A DNA stretch of 64,000 nucleotides from Octopus sinensis (GCF_006345805.1 NC_043020.1:21886001-21950000); one strand, 5' to 3'; positions 1-12,705 are shown, counted from the stretch's first letter. Made by a program: numbers and translations. Notes: generated by a model not told the origin, from the sequence alone.

Positions 1-32
1 CCAATCATACAGATAATGTAGCGTTCACGGCG

Positions 33-2130
33 TCATTGGAGTGAATACAGTTTCAGCTTCTCTAGACTACCCCAGTAGTTAAGGTCTGACATGCCATCTA
101 TCTTTTTTGTGATTGACCTTTGGGGAGCTTCAATTCTCATAATATTTTGTTTTTTGTAGGGAGACCACAGTGGACAGCAGTATTCAAGGTGGGGTCGGGC
201 AAAAGTGGAGAAGAGAAGGATAATAGTGTGGGAATCTCTCAACTGGAAGGTTCTGAGAATCCAGGAACACATTCTGCGGGCCATGTCAACTTTGCTGCTT
301 ATATGTGTAGCCCAGCTTATGTTGTTGTCCACTGTTACTCCCAAGTCTCTGATGTTGTTGGACGCCATGAGAATTTCTCCAGAAGGAAGGGAGTATGGGA
401 GTTTCAGAGTGTCCTCCCTTCCAAAGTGGATCAGTTCAAATTTGTCTTCGTTTAGCAACATGTTGTTCTTTTCCGCCCATTGGACAACAGCCAGTAGGTC
501 TGACTGAAGGCTTATTCGGTCATCCACGCCATTGATGACCTTCTGGAGCTTGGAATCATCAGCGAAGGTTCTGATGTTACTGTGTTTGATGGTGTCAGTA
601 ATATCATTTATGTAGATGATGAAGAGAAGTGGGCCCAACACAGTGCCTTGTGGGACACCACTGCTGACTTTGGCTGGGCTGGATTTGACTCCTTCGACTA
701 CAACATGTTGGGTTCTGTTAGACAGGAAGCACTTGATCCACTGCAGCAGCTTTCCAGTGACACCAATATTGGACAGCTTTCTCAAAAGGATCTTATGATC
801 AACCCTGTCAAAGGCCTTGCTGAAATCAAGGCAGATGACATCAGTGTTGGAACCCTCTCCCAAGGCTCTCAAAATGTCATCAAAATGATGCAGTAGCTGC
901 GTCAGGCAATCTCTTCCATTACGGAATCCATGCTGGTTGGAGTTCAGCATATTATGACTCTCAAGGAAGTGAGTCATACGCGATCTCAGCACTCTCTCAA
1001 ATACCTTAATGATATGAGAGGTGAGTGAGACTGGACAGTAATTCACGGCAAGGATAGAAGGTCTTCTGGTACATATCCAGCATCCAGTGAGTTCCGCCAC
1101 AGATTGGCTAGAGGGGGTGCAAGTTGGTTTTGACATATCTTCAAGACACAAGCAGGGAACCTATCGGGACCTACTGCTGAATTATGCTTCATTTCCTTTA
1201 TTGCTGCTAAGACATCAGGAGCGCCAAAGGTTATGTCCAATAAAGTGTATTGGGGAGTAACATCACTGATACAGCCCAGATCAGTCATATCAGGATTGCT
1301 GAAAATAGAGCAATATTGTTTCTGCAATATCTCTCCCATGGTTTTGGCATTGTCTTGAAGAGTACCATTTTCATCAATCAGAGGGCCAACAGTAGAACCA
1401 GTGACTGTGTTTTTTTTGCAAATGAAAAGAACACTTTGGGATTGAGTTTGATCTTTTCAATGGCCCAGGCCTCTTCAGCTCTTCGCTGACTATTGATGAT
1501 AGACATCATGTTGTTTTGGAGTTTATGTTTTTTAATCTCTAGCGACGAGATGGCAGTCAGGTTGGTGTGTTGCTGTTGACAGTATTTCAGCTTGTTGATT
1601 TTTTTGTTAATTCTTTTAATTTTCCTGATTAGAGATTTTCTATTTCTAGGGATTTGACACTTAGATTTGTTTGCAGATCTTCATGGGGTGTGTTTTGCAC
1701 ATATGTTCGTAATGGTGTCTACAAATGACTGCCAGGACTTTTTGATGTTAGTGGGTGTGTATGTGTGCGTGAAGGACCAATCGACTTGTGCAAGATCATT
1801 ATTGATCGCTTCCCAGTTTGCATTGTGGAAATCCATAGTGTCAAATGGATGAACAGGAGGGATGACATTTGTTTTGCATTTTGGCCAGTGAAATCTCAGA
1901 TCACAGAGAACCATGTCATGATCAGAGAGTAGGATTTTCTCCACTGCAATATTGTGGATAGTATCAGTGTGATTGCTGAAAATTAAGTCTAAGACGTTTT
2001 TATAACATCTCGTTGGTTCGAGCACCACTTGGGACAGGAAGAAATCATCCATGAAGTCAAGAAGCAATTCCACTGCCTCCCTGTCAGGGGTTGAGAGAGA
2101 AGAACCTGGCGGCAGACTGTTTGTAGACCA
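33..2130 (-). mobile_element. Decayed CR1/L2-group LINE ORF2 (end of APE endonuclease plus RT), frameshifted
   Basis: ORF 33..1151 has RT motifs PVSLTS..KVFER, NQHGFR, LDFSKAFDRV, SGVPQGTVLGPLLF, FADD. ORF 1681..2325 has the APE C-terminal LDLIFSN..SDHDMV motif. The linking piece (1043..1339) is in another frame. Confidence 0.92.
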
Positions 2131-2139
2131 GTCAACCCC

Positions 2140-2317
<178 letters not shown>

Positions 2318-2318
<1 letters not shown>

Positions 2319-2588
2319 TCATCATTGTTTAACATCCGCTAACCATGCTAGCATGGGTTGGACGGTTCAACTGGGGTCTGGGAAGCCAGGAGGCTGCACC
2401 AGGCCCAGTCTGATCTGACAGTGTTTCTACAGCTGGATGCCCTTCCTAACGCCAACCACTCCGTGAGTCTAGTGGGTGCTCTTTACATGCCACCGGCACA
2501 GGTGCCAGGTGAGGCTGGCAACGGCCACAATCAGTTGGTGCTTTTTACGGGCCACCGGCACGGAGGCCAGTCAAGGCGGAGCTGGCAA
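2318..2588 (-). mobile_element. SINE-like repeat with (GAT)n tail; same family inside the Helitron units at about 19860-20155, 22845-23135 and 24890-25185
   Basis: catcatcattgtttaacatccg...ggatgcccttcctaacgccaaccactcc is the reverse complement of the three Helitron-borne copies that end in (GAT)n. Confidence 0.7.
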
Positions 2589-2599
2589 ATATATATATC

Positions 2600-4276
2600 T
2601 CTTATTATAAAAGGCAGATTTTATCTGCCTCCCTTTGTAAGTTATAGAAATCTACAATATAGGATTTCTTCAATTACAATTTACCTAGCATTTTTAAGAG
2701 TAGAATGCATCGGGTCATGCCAGGTCCAGTTTTTAAAATTTAAACTCCAATTAAGCAAAATTTACAGAAAACTCACATTCTGGTGTGTATGTCAAATGCT
2801 TTTCTTAATGTGGTTTACACCACACGCACACGCACACACACAGTGTGCAACGAATAAAATGAAAGTAATTGGAAGAGAGTAAATAGCGACAGAGTGATTT
2901 GAGGAAGACTAAACTGAAAGTATTTAAACCACTACTCAAAAAATAAAAAAACACAGCAAACAGAAACAAATAAATACATAACGATTTACTCCTCACACAA
3001 TTTCTTCAATTAGAGTTTACCTAAGATTTTTCAAAGTACTCCATTCGGTCATACCATAATGTATTTCTTTCAATTTCACCCCCAATTAAGACAAAATTCG
3101 AGAAAACTCAATATTTTAACATTTCACTCCGAAAGCATTGATGTACATGTGTGCGTGCGTGAGTGTGTGTGTGTGTGTGTGTGTGTGTTTGATGGGTTGT
3201 GCGACACAGAAAGTGTGGTGTGTAAGTGAAGTGCTTTTGTTAGTGTGTGTAAAGAGACAGACAGAGTGAAAGACAGAAATAACTGAACTTTTTTTATTCA
3301 CTTTTTGTAGTGAGTGACTGAGAGAGAAAAGAGAGAGAGAGGTTATGTATGTATATATGTATGTATGGCTTCAGTGACACACACACACAAAAACACATAC
3401 CTACGTACACCTAAAGCACGCACGCACACACACACAAGCGGAGCGCGAACTTCAAAATTTTGGTAGTATTAATTTGCGAGCGTACTTCTAAGCGCGCGTA
3501 ATTGAAAGTATTCACTATGATATCATCACGTGCGAAAAAATTCGAAGGGTTTTGAACAATTGAGATACAGATGTCACGCCTGTATTGAAACCATTGCTAA
3601 GCTGCCGTAATTGCTTAATTAAGACTTTGTTTAAATTGAAAGGGGCAAATATGTGACGAGGTTGAAAAAAAATACCCCAGAAAAAAAAATGTACTGCTGG
3701 TATTATATAATTCACTACTATTTTGCTACAATGTCATGAAAAAGAAAAAATTTAGGTATGTAAATCGAATTCGCCACCCCCTTTTCCCCGTTCGCGTTTG
3801 TGTAAAAAAAATTATTATTTAAGTTTTAAAAATTATTTACTTTGTTCAAAAAATATTAATATTAATTAATTTTCAAGAATTATTTAATTTTATTCTGTAA
3901 AATAGTAATTAATTCATTTATCTGTAAATCCGCGAGGTTGTTACTCAGGCACCTAGAATGGTAACCTTCAACTAACACTATCTCCTCCGAGACCCTGCGG
4001 CGCAAGTTGACCAAAATTGAGAGTATGGTAGAAGAAGGGTTGCTCTTCCTTCCGTAGAACATAAAATTCAAATCGGACCATGTTAACACAAAAAATTATT
4101 TACATCAAAAAGATGCTTTTTTCTATGAAAATCCCTATTTTTTACGATTTTTTCACTGCTGTGTCGCCACTTTTCGGTGTATTTCGACCAGAAAAATGTT
4201 CACAAAATTTTTACTTTTCAAAATTACAATTCCAGCGGGTCGAAACAAACCCGAGCAACGCCGGGCGATACTGCTA

Positions 4277-4277
<1 letters not shown>
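2600..4277 (+). mobile_element. Non-autonomous Helitron, family B, complete
   Basis: 5' TCTTATTATAAAAGG; 3' hairpin CCCGAGCAACGCCGGG then CTAG at 4274-4277; flanked by (AT)n with no TSD. Confidence 0.85.
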
Positions 4278-4314
<37 letters not shown>

Positions 4315-4485
4315 AAAGGGCTTAGTAAAATAAATTACTTTGCCGCATACTGAACTCGTTAGAAATAGCAGCTAAAAAAACTATTTCTAACACTTAAAGA
4401 AAACCTCTCTCATATAGTGTTTGCTCAATTCAACTCAAGAAAGTATGAGGGTAGAGACATTAAAAAATCAAATGCAAAGGTTATT

Positions 4486-4538
4486 TGAGTACGTACGTTT
4501 CAAGATTAGCCAAAATCGACCCTTCTCTCATCAGCTCA
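4486..4538 (-). ncRNA. Type I hammerhead ribozyme, 552-nt family, copy 1
   Basis: Reverse complement reads TGAG-CTGATGA-GAGA..TCTT-GAAAC-GTAC-GTA-CTCA. Confidence 0.85.
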
Positions 4539-5036
4539 GAATGCCCTTGTTTGAATTTGAAAACACTGAAAATGGGAGCATACCCTTTCGGCTTGTTATC
4601 GCTTCTGAAGATCTGTTCCAAACTAACAGTGCCAACAAACTCAAATATGCAAGAGAAAAATTTCTGCTCTCCCCTTTCCACCAGCGTGGGTTAAAATCAG
4701 CAAACACTATGCTTTTTTCGGTAAAATCCGAGACAATTAAGTAGAGAGAGATGAATTATAATTTCAACAATTGAGGGTAAAATTAATTAATTAATTAATC
4801 AATTTCACCAAGTATTCAGTATGCAAAGGGACCATTTAAGGCAAATTCAAATTATTACATTATATAAAAGGGCTTAGTAAAATAAATTACTTTGCCGCAT
4901 ACTGAACTCGTTAGAAATAGCAGCTAAAAAAACTATTTCTAACACTTAAGAAAACCTCTCTCATATAGTGTTTGCTCAATTCAACTCAAGAAAGTATGAG
5001 GGTAGAGACATTAAAAAATCAAATGCAAAGGTTATT

Positions 5037-5089
5037 TGAGTACGTACGTTTCAAGATTAGCCAAAATCGACCCTTCTCTCATCAGCTCA
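5037..5089 (-). ncRNA. Type I hammerhead ribozyme, 552-nt family, copy 2
   Basis: Same motif as copy 1, offset 551. Confidence 0.85.
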
Positions 5090-5812
5090 GAATGCCCTTG
5101 TTTGAATTTGAAAACACTGAAAATGGGAGCATACCCTTTCGGCTTGTTATCGCTTCTGAAGATCTGTTCCAAACTAACAGTGCCAACAAACTCAAATATG
5201 CAAGAGAAAAATTTCTGCTCTCCCCTTTCCACCAGCGTGGGTTAAAATCAGCAAACACTATGCTTTTTTCGGTAAAATCCGAGACAATTAAGTAGAGAGA
5301 GATGAATTATAATTTCAACAATTTGCATTTGATTTTTTAATGTCTCTACCCTCATACTTTCTTGAGTTGAATTGAGCAAACACTATATGAGAGAGGTTTT
5401 CTTTAAGTGTTAGAAATAGTTTTTTTAGCTGCTATTTCTAACGAGTTCAGTATGCGGCAAAGTAATTTATTTTACTAAGCCCTTTTATATAATGTAATAA
5501 TTTTAATTTGCCTTAAATGGTCCCTTTGCATACTGAATACTTGGTGAAATTGATTAATTATTAATTAATTTTACCCTCAATTGTTGAAATTATAATTCAT
5601 CTCTCTCTACTTAATTGTCTCGGATTTTACCGAAAAAAGCATAGTGTTTGCTGATTTTAACCCACGCTGGTGGAAAGGGGAGAGCAGAAATTTTTCTCTT
5701 GCATATTTGAGTTTGTTGGCACTGTTAGTTTGGAACAGATCTTCAGAAGCGATAACAAGCCGAAAGGGTATGCTCCCATTTTCAGTGTTTTCAAATTCAA
5801 ACAAGGGCATTC

Positions 5813-5865
5813 TGAGCTGATGAGAGAAGGGTCGATTTTGGCTAATCTTGAAACGTACGTACTCA
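5813..5865 (+). ncRNA. Type I hammerhead ribozyme, 552-nt family, inverted arm
   Basis: TGAG CTGATGA(5817-23) GAGA..TCTT GAAA(5850-53) C GTAC GTA(5859-61) CTCA; stem I TGAG/CTCA, stem III palindrome ACGTACGT. Confidence 0.87.
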
Positions 5866-6137
5866 AATAACCTTTGCATTTGATTTTTTAATGTCTCTAC
5901 CCTCATACTTTCTTGAGTTGAATTGAGCAACACTATATGAGAGAGGTTTTCTTTAAGTGTTAGAAATAGTTTTTTTAGCTGCTATTTCTAACGAGTTCAG
6001 TATGCGGCAAAGTAATTTATTTTACTAAGCCCTTTTATATAATGTAATAATTTGAATTTGCCTTAAATGGTCCCTTTGCATACTGAATACTTGGTGAAAT
6101 TGATTAATTAATTAATTAATTTTACCCTCAATTGTTG

Positions 6138-6164
<27 letters not shown>

Positions 6165-6183
<19 letters not shown>

Positions 6184-6698
6184 GCATCCTTTTTGTCTCG
6201 GGAGACAATGGAATTGCACATAGAATAATCTAGTCTGGCTTTTACATTTCATATACATATTCATATATATATACATATACATATATACTCTTTACTCTTT
6301 TACTCTTTTACTTGTTTCAGTCATCTGACTGCGGCCATGCTGGAGCACCGCCTTTAGTCGAGCAAATCGACCCCAGGACTTATTCTTTGTAAGCCCAGTA
6401 CTTATTCTATCGGTCTCTTTTGCCGAACCGCTAAATGACAGGGACGTAAACACACCACCATTGGTTGTCAAGCAATACTAGGGGGACAAACACAGACACA
6501 CAAACATATACACACACTTATATATATACATATATACGACAGGCTTCTTTCAGTTTCCGTCTACCAAATCCACTCACAAGGCATTGGTCGGCCCGGGCTA
6601 TAGCAGAAGACACTTGCCCAAGATGCCATGCGGTGGGACTGAACCCGGAACCATGTGGTTGGTTAGCAAGCTACTTACCACACAGCCACTCCTGCGCC

Positions 6699-6738
<40 letters not shown>

Positions 6739-7279
6739 TATTATATATATATTGTTGTTGTTGGCATCCTTTTTGTCTCGGGAGACAATGGAATTGCACA
6801 TAGAATAATCTAGTCTGGCTTTTACATTTCATATACATATTCATATATATATACATATACATATATACTCTTTACTCTTTTACTCTTTTACTTGTTTCAG
6901 TCATCTGACTGCGGCCATGCTGGAGCACCGCCTTTAGTCGAGCAAATCGACCCCAGGACTTATTCTTTGTAAGCCCAGTACTTATTCTATCGGTCTCTTT
7001 TGCCGAACCGCTAAATGACAGGGACGTAAACACACCACCATTGGTTGTCAAGCAATACTAGGGGGACAAACACAGACACACAAACATATACACACACTTA
7101 TATATATACATATATACGACAGGCTTCTTTCAGTTTCCGTCTACCAAATCCACTCACAAGGCATTGGTCGGCCCGGGGCTATAGCAGAAGACACTTGCCC
7201 AAGATGCCATGCGGTGGGACTGAACCCGGAACCATGTGGTTGGTTAGCAAGCTACTTACCACACAGCCACTCCTGCGCC

Positions 7280-7325
<46 letters not shown>
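6165..7325. repeat. 580-bp direct tandem duplication containing a SINE, bounded by (TA)n
   Basis: 6170-6700 is repeated at 6751-7281, nearly identical (one-G indel in ggcccgg(g)gcta). Confidence 0.9.
6288..6700 (-). mobile_element. tRNA-head SINE (second copy about 6868-7281)
   Basis: Reverse complement of the 61310-61735 copy: head ggcgcaggagtggctgtgtggtaag, B-box-like ggttcagtcc, tail (aaaagagt)n. Confidence 0.85.
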
Positions 7326-7326
<1 letters not shown>

Positions 7327-7329
<3 letters not shown>

Positions 7330-7600
7330 TATTATAAAAGGCAGATTTTATCTGCCTCCCTTTGGGAGTTATACAAATCTACAATATAGGATTTCTTCAA
7401 TTACAATTTACCTTGCATTTTTAAGAGTACAATGCATCGCGTCATGCCAGGTCCAGTTTTTAAAATTTAAACTCCAATTAAGCAAAATTTACAGAAAACT
7501 CACATTCTGGTGTGTGTGTCAAATGCTTTTCTTAGTCTGGTTTACACCACACGCAAACGCACACACACAGTGGGCAACGAATAAAATGAAAGTAATTCAC
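7327..7600 (+). mobile_element. Helitron family B 5' fragment
   Basis: TCTTATTATAAAAGGCAG start, collinear with 2600-2870, then diverges. Confidence 0.8.
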
Positions 7601-7827
7601 TTACTGTAGTGAGTGATTCTTTCACTCTGCCTCCCACTTCCTCTTTCCACACGCAAATATATAAATAAAGTTGTATGCTAACGTGCGTGTGTGTGAGTGG
7701 GTGTGTGTGGGTGTGCGCGTGTGTGTGTGTGTGAGGGTGCGTGTGTGTGTGTGTGTGTGCGTGTGCGTGAGTGTGTGACAGGAAAGTTTTTACGACGAAT
7801 ATAACACCTATATCCAAGTAGCAAAAA

Positions 7828-8090
7828 GATAAGACAGTAAGGTGTGATTTGAGGGAGATTTGGCTGCTATTTCTACCATGTCTAGCTGCCATGTAGGGGT
7901 CTCCCTCATAGGCTCATACATATATACATAGATAAGACAGTAAGGTGTGATTTGGGGGAAATTTGGCTGCTATTTCTACCAGGTCTAGCTACCATGTAGA
8001 GGTCCCCCTCATTGGCTCATATATATATACATACATAAGACAGTAAGGTGTGATTTGAGGGAGATTTGGCTGCTGTTTCTACCAGGTCTG
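7828..8090. repeat. About 105-bp tandem repeat, 2.5 copies
   Basis: ataagacagtaaggtgtgatttgagggagatttggctgc at about 7830, 7933 and 8035. Confidence 0.85.
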
Positions 8091-8407
8091 TTAGGCCTTC
8101 TCATGTAAACTCAAGCTTTCTCATGCCTTCAACATAAGACCAAAGCAGAGAATGTATTCTTTTATTCTTCTGCTTTTTCCAGCCATTGGTCTGTGGCCAT
8201 GCTGGGGCAATGCCTTGAAGAATTGTAGTTTAATGAATCAACTCCAGTTTTATTTTTGTAAGCATTGTACTTATTCTATCTGTTTCCTTTGTCAAACCAC
8301 TAGGTGACAGGGATGTAAACAAACCAACATTCGTTGTCAAGCAGTGGTGGAGGACAATCACAAGCACAGACACGCACACACACACATACATGCATACACA
8401 TATACAC

Positions 8408-8438
<31 letters not shown>

Positions 8439-8456
8439 TATGTGTGTATATATATA

Positions 8457-8715
8457 TTGCAGCGTGGAAGGTGTTTGTAAGCCATTTTAGAAACACACAA
8501 AAACCGTTACATTCACTTCAACATTTAAATTTAATTTGCCAAAATATTTTCGTCGCTTTGAGACCGCGACCTGTTCACTGACAAAAATATCGTGCTAACA
8601 GGTCGCGGTCTCAAAGCGATGAAAATATTTTGACAAATTAAATTTAAATGTTGAAGTGAATCTAACGGTTTTTGTGTGTTTCTTAAATGGCTTATAAACA
8701 CCTTCAACGCTGCAA
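8457..8715. mobile_element. Hairpin MITE-like element, about 118-bp inverted arms
   Basis: ttgcagcg...gaccgcgacctgtt / aacaggtcgcggtc...cgctgcaa with about 21-nt spacer. Confidence 0.75.
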
Positions 8716-8879
8716 CTGTTTTCGTTCCAGCACACGATCTCAGATCAAGTCACTTGCTATGCAAGTACATCTCTGTAACTATATATATATTTATATATAT
8801 ATATATATATGTATATTGGTAAAAACAGTAAGATAACAAAAGAAAGAAAGAGACCTCAATATTATGTAAATAGAGGAAA

Positions 8880-9274
8880 TCTTTATATATAAGAGTGAGG
8901 TTGTGTGTCTGTCTCCTACGATTTAGATTCCTAACTACTCCCACATTTTGCGGTGCAGTTTAACCAAAAGCGGGTATCTTATAGTCGTGATTCATATCGA
9001 GACCGTCTGGGTATTAGCGCGCGTCTACGATGAGTCTACGATTTAAAAAAATATTTACCATCAATTTTTCCCATTTTTAATCCATTTTTGACATATATAA
9101 GGGAAGTAACTCTCTAAAATTTATTATTAAATCTCAGAACGTAAAAAGCTACAGTAACACCCCTCCCCCTTTGTGGTTAGCCATATTGAGATGGCTATTA
9201 TACTTTACATCTCTAAAAATGCTTATATAATTATTTCCCTTACAAACCCGAGCAACGCCGGGCGATACTGCTAG
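8880..9274 (+). mobile_element. Non-autonomous Helitron, family A (short)
   Basis: A|TCTTTATATATAAG start; hairpin plus CTAG end at 9271-9274. Confidence 0.85.
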
Positions 9275-9585
9275 TCTTATTATAAAAGGCAGATTTTATC
9301 TGCCTCCCTTTGGGAGTTATACAAATCTACAATATAGGATTTCTTCAATTACAATTTACCTAGCAATTTTAAGAGTACAATGCATCGCGTCATGCCAGGT
9401 CCAGTTTTTAAAATTTAAACTCCAATTAAGCAAAATTTACAGAAAACTCACATTCTGGTGTGTGTGTCAAATGCTTTTCTTAGTCTGGTTTACACCACAC
9501 GCAAACGCACACACACAGTGGGCAACGAATAAAATGAAAGTAAATAGCGACAGAGTGATTTGAGGAAGACTAAACTGAAAGTATT
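9275..9585 (+). mobile_element. Helitron family B 5' fragment fused directly after family A CTAG
   Basis: CTAG|TCTTATTATAAAAGG junction. Confidence 0.8.
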
Positions 9586-10059
9586 CTGTCTATGACGCTG
9601 ATAGATACATGAGTAAAATGTATGGGAAGCTAAGAGCTAAGAGTGAGTGAAAATGTTCTTGGAAGAGAGTAAATAGCGAGAGAGAGAGTGATTTGAGGAA
9701 GACTTTACATTAAATAACCGTAGTGGCTTGTGTTAGTAATAAAGTAAACATACACTCATACATACATACATCATACATACATACATACACACACACACAT
9801 ACACACACACACACATACACACACACATACATACACACACATACATACATACACACATACATACATACATATACATACATACATACATATACATACATAC
9901 ATACACACACACACATACACACACACAGTATTGAAGCTTGAGAACAATCAGATACATTTGCAACACATCTGTTGAAAATATTATTGTTCACACACATACA
10001 TATACATATATACATACAGACAGACAGACAGATAGACACACACACACACACACACAAAC

Positions 10060-10470
10060 ATGATCCAGCATGGCCACAACCTCAAGGCTGAAACATATAA
10101 AAGAATAACAGAATATAAATGTGTGCAAAGTACAAGAAATATTAATGCAGTATATGGGGATTGGACAATAAGCGTAAGGCAGTGTCAATGGTGGTTCCAG
10201 AAATCCCGAGCCATAAACTACAGCCTAGAAGACGAGCCTCATCCTGAAAGATCTGTAGAACTCGACAAGGACATCCTGAAAACCCTGGTGGAACAAAATC
10301 TCATCGTAACTGTTGAGGAACTAGCAGAGAAGCTTGGATTTGGTCATTCAACCATTCATTGACACCTGTGTGCTATCGGAAAAGTCAGCAAATTGTGTCA
10401 ATGGGTTCCTCACGAACTTTCCGAGTCTAATTGCATGCAGAGAGTGAATGTATGCTTTTCTTTGCTGTCA
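10060..10470 (+). pseudogene. Mariner transposase N-terminal (HTH) fragment
   Basis: ISVRQCQWWFQK, LEDEPHPERSVELDKDILKTLVEQN, TVEELAEKLG; after a stop it reads KVSKLCQWVPHELS (WVPHEL motif). Confidence 0.85.
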
Positions 10471-10497
10471 CATCTCACCACTACTGCGCTATGTATA

Positions 10498-11105
10498 TCT
10501 ATATATATAAAACTGTAGTTGTGTGAGTGTCTGTCCCACATTTTGCGGTGCAGTTTAACCAAATTCGGGTAGCTTATAGTCGTGATTCATATCGAGCCCG
10601 TCTGAATATTAACGCGCGTCTACGATGAGTCTACGATTTTAAAAATAATTTAACATCATTTTTTATTCCATTTTAATGCATAATTTTTCGTGTGTCGATG
10701 GCGGCGGAGTTGGCGTCCACGCTCACACCTGCACCTGTGGGGAAGGGAGTGTAAGGAAATCAACGTCGTAATGCGTTGTCAAGGAGACCAGTGTTCTTTT
10801 AGAACAACGACTTCATGGCTTGAAGACACCAAAACAGAAATGGCTAAGAAAGCGTCTACATGAGTCTACGATTTTAAAAAAATTTACCATCGTTTTTTTT
10901 CCATTTTAATACATTTTTTCGCTATTATATAAGGGAAGTAACTCTCTTAAAATGTCTACGATGAGTCAACGATTTAAAAAAAATTTACCATCATATTTTT
11001 TCCATTTTTAATGCATTTTTTGCTATTTTTTGGCTATAACTCTCTAAAAATGCTTATATAGTTATTTCCCTTACAAACCCGAGCAACGCCGGGCGATACT
11101 GATAG
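10498..11105 (+). mobile_element. Helitron family A with internal duplications
   Basis: A|TCTATATATATAAAACTG start; hairpin plus variant ATAG end. Confidence 0.8.
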
Positions 11106-11760
11106 TCTTATTATAAAAGGCAGATTTTATCTGCCTCCCTTTGGGAGTTATACAAATCTACAATATAGGATTTCTTCAATTACAATTTACCTAGCATTTT
11201 TAAGAGTACAATGCATCGCGTCATGCCAGGTCCAGTTTTTAAAATTTAAACTCCAATTAAGCAAAATTTACAGAAAACTCACATTCTGGTGTGTGTGTCA
11301 AATGCTTTTCTTAATGTGGTTTACACCACACGCAAACGCACACACACAGTGTGCGACGAATAAAATGAAAGTAAATAGCGACAGAGTGATTTGAGGAAGA
11401 CTAAACTGAAAGTATTTAAACCACTACTCAAAAAATAAAAAAACACAGCAAACAGAAACAAATAAATACATAACCATTTACTCCTCACACAATTTCTTCA
11501 ATTAGAATTTACCTAAGATTTTTCAGAGTACTTCAGTGGGTGATGCCATAAAAAATTTCTTTCAATTTTACCACGAATTAAGACAAAATTCGAGAAAACT
11601 CAATATTTTAACATATCACTCCGAAAGCATTGATGTACATGTGTGCATGCGTGAGTGTGTGTGTGTCATTCCTCACACACACGCATACACATACATATAC
11701 AACTACATACACATACAACTACATACAAACACGTGTGTGTTTGTTATTAGTAAAAAAGGC
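11106..11760 (+). mobile_element. Helitron family B 5' part
   Basis: TCTTATTATAAAAGG start, collinear with 2600-3300. Confidence 0.8.
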
Positions 11761-11942
11761 GCCAAAACTCAACTCACTTATCATTCCAACACATTTGCAA
11801 AGACACACGGACGGACAGAAAAGGTAAATTGGTTTTTATTTTACTCTGTATATATTTTATTATATAATATATATATAGATATATGTATATATAATGCAGT
11901 ATGAAACAGTGTTATGTATAAACAGACGACACTTATATATAG

Positions 11943-12260
11943 TTACCAAGCCGCCCGAATTTACCAATTCATATTTAAATGAGAATATCAGAGCAAATCT
12001 CTTTAGTACATTCGTGAAAACACGTATTATACTTCGTAAACACTTCAACTACAGTTTTGTACAAAAATCGAAGTGTAATTTTAATTCCGTGAATTATGGG
12101 AGATTTTTTTCCGAAATTTGTTCCTATTGTGTTTTCAAAATTTGTAATTCTGACAAAAAATGGATACGAATTTCATTATATCAAGCAGCGAGTCAGAATT
12201 CGAAGGATTTTCTACTGAAGACCTTCATAAATCTAACTCTATGACTGAAAAAAAAAAGCA
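11943..12260 (+). mobile_element. piggyBac 5' fragment (same family as 25945-27004)
   Basis: gttaccaa...atggatacgaatttcatt (MDTNFIISSSESEFEGFSTEDL) shared with the 25945 element; cut at 12260 by a Helitron. Confidence 0.75.
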
Positions 12261-12655
12261 TCTTTATATAAGAGTGAAGTTGTGTGTCTGTCTCCTACGA
12301 TTTAGATTCCTAACTACTCCCACATTTTGCGGTGCAGTTTAACCAAAAGCGGGTATCTTATAGTCGTGATTCATATCGAGCCCTTCTGGATATTAGCGTG
12401 CGTCTACGATGAGTCTACGATTTAAAAAAAATTTACCACCATATTTTTCCATTTTAATGCATTTTTTCGCTTTTATATAAGGGAAGTAACTCTCTAAAAA
12501 TATCGACGATGTGTCAACGATTAAAAAAAAAATTTACCTTAATTTTTTTTCAATTTTTAATGCATTTTTTTGCTATTTTTTGGCTATAACTCTCTATAAA
12601 TGCTTATATAGTTATTTCCCTTACAAACCCGAGCAACGCCGGGCGATACTACTAG
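12261..12655 (+). mobile_element. Helitron family A
   Basis: A|TCTTTATATAAG start; hairpin plus CTAG|T end. Confidence 0.85.
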
Positions 12656-12705
12656 TAAGTATATATATATATATATATGTATATGTATATATGTATATAT
12701 ATATA

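Larger units (their letters stand above)
4307..6145. mobile_element. Fold-back tandem array of a 552-bp HHR-containing monomer (retrozyme or pLTR-like)
   Basis: 4307-5323 is about 1.85 forward copies (period 551-552); 5322-6145 is about 1.5 reverse-complement copies; (TA)n on both sides. Confidence 0.85.

Noticed and set aside
4421-4744. 107-aa ORF repeated three times (also 4972..5295 and 5607..5933)
   Set aside because: Identical only because the DNA unit is repeated; TTG start, antisense to the HHR, no recognisable motif
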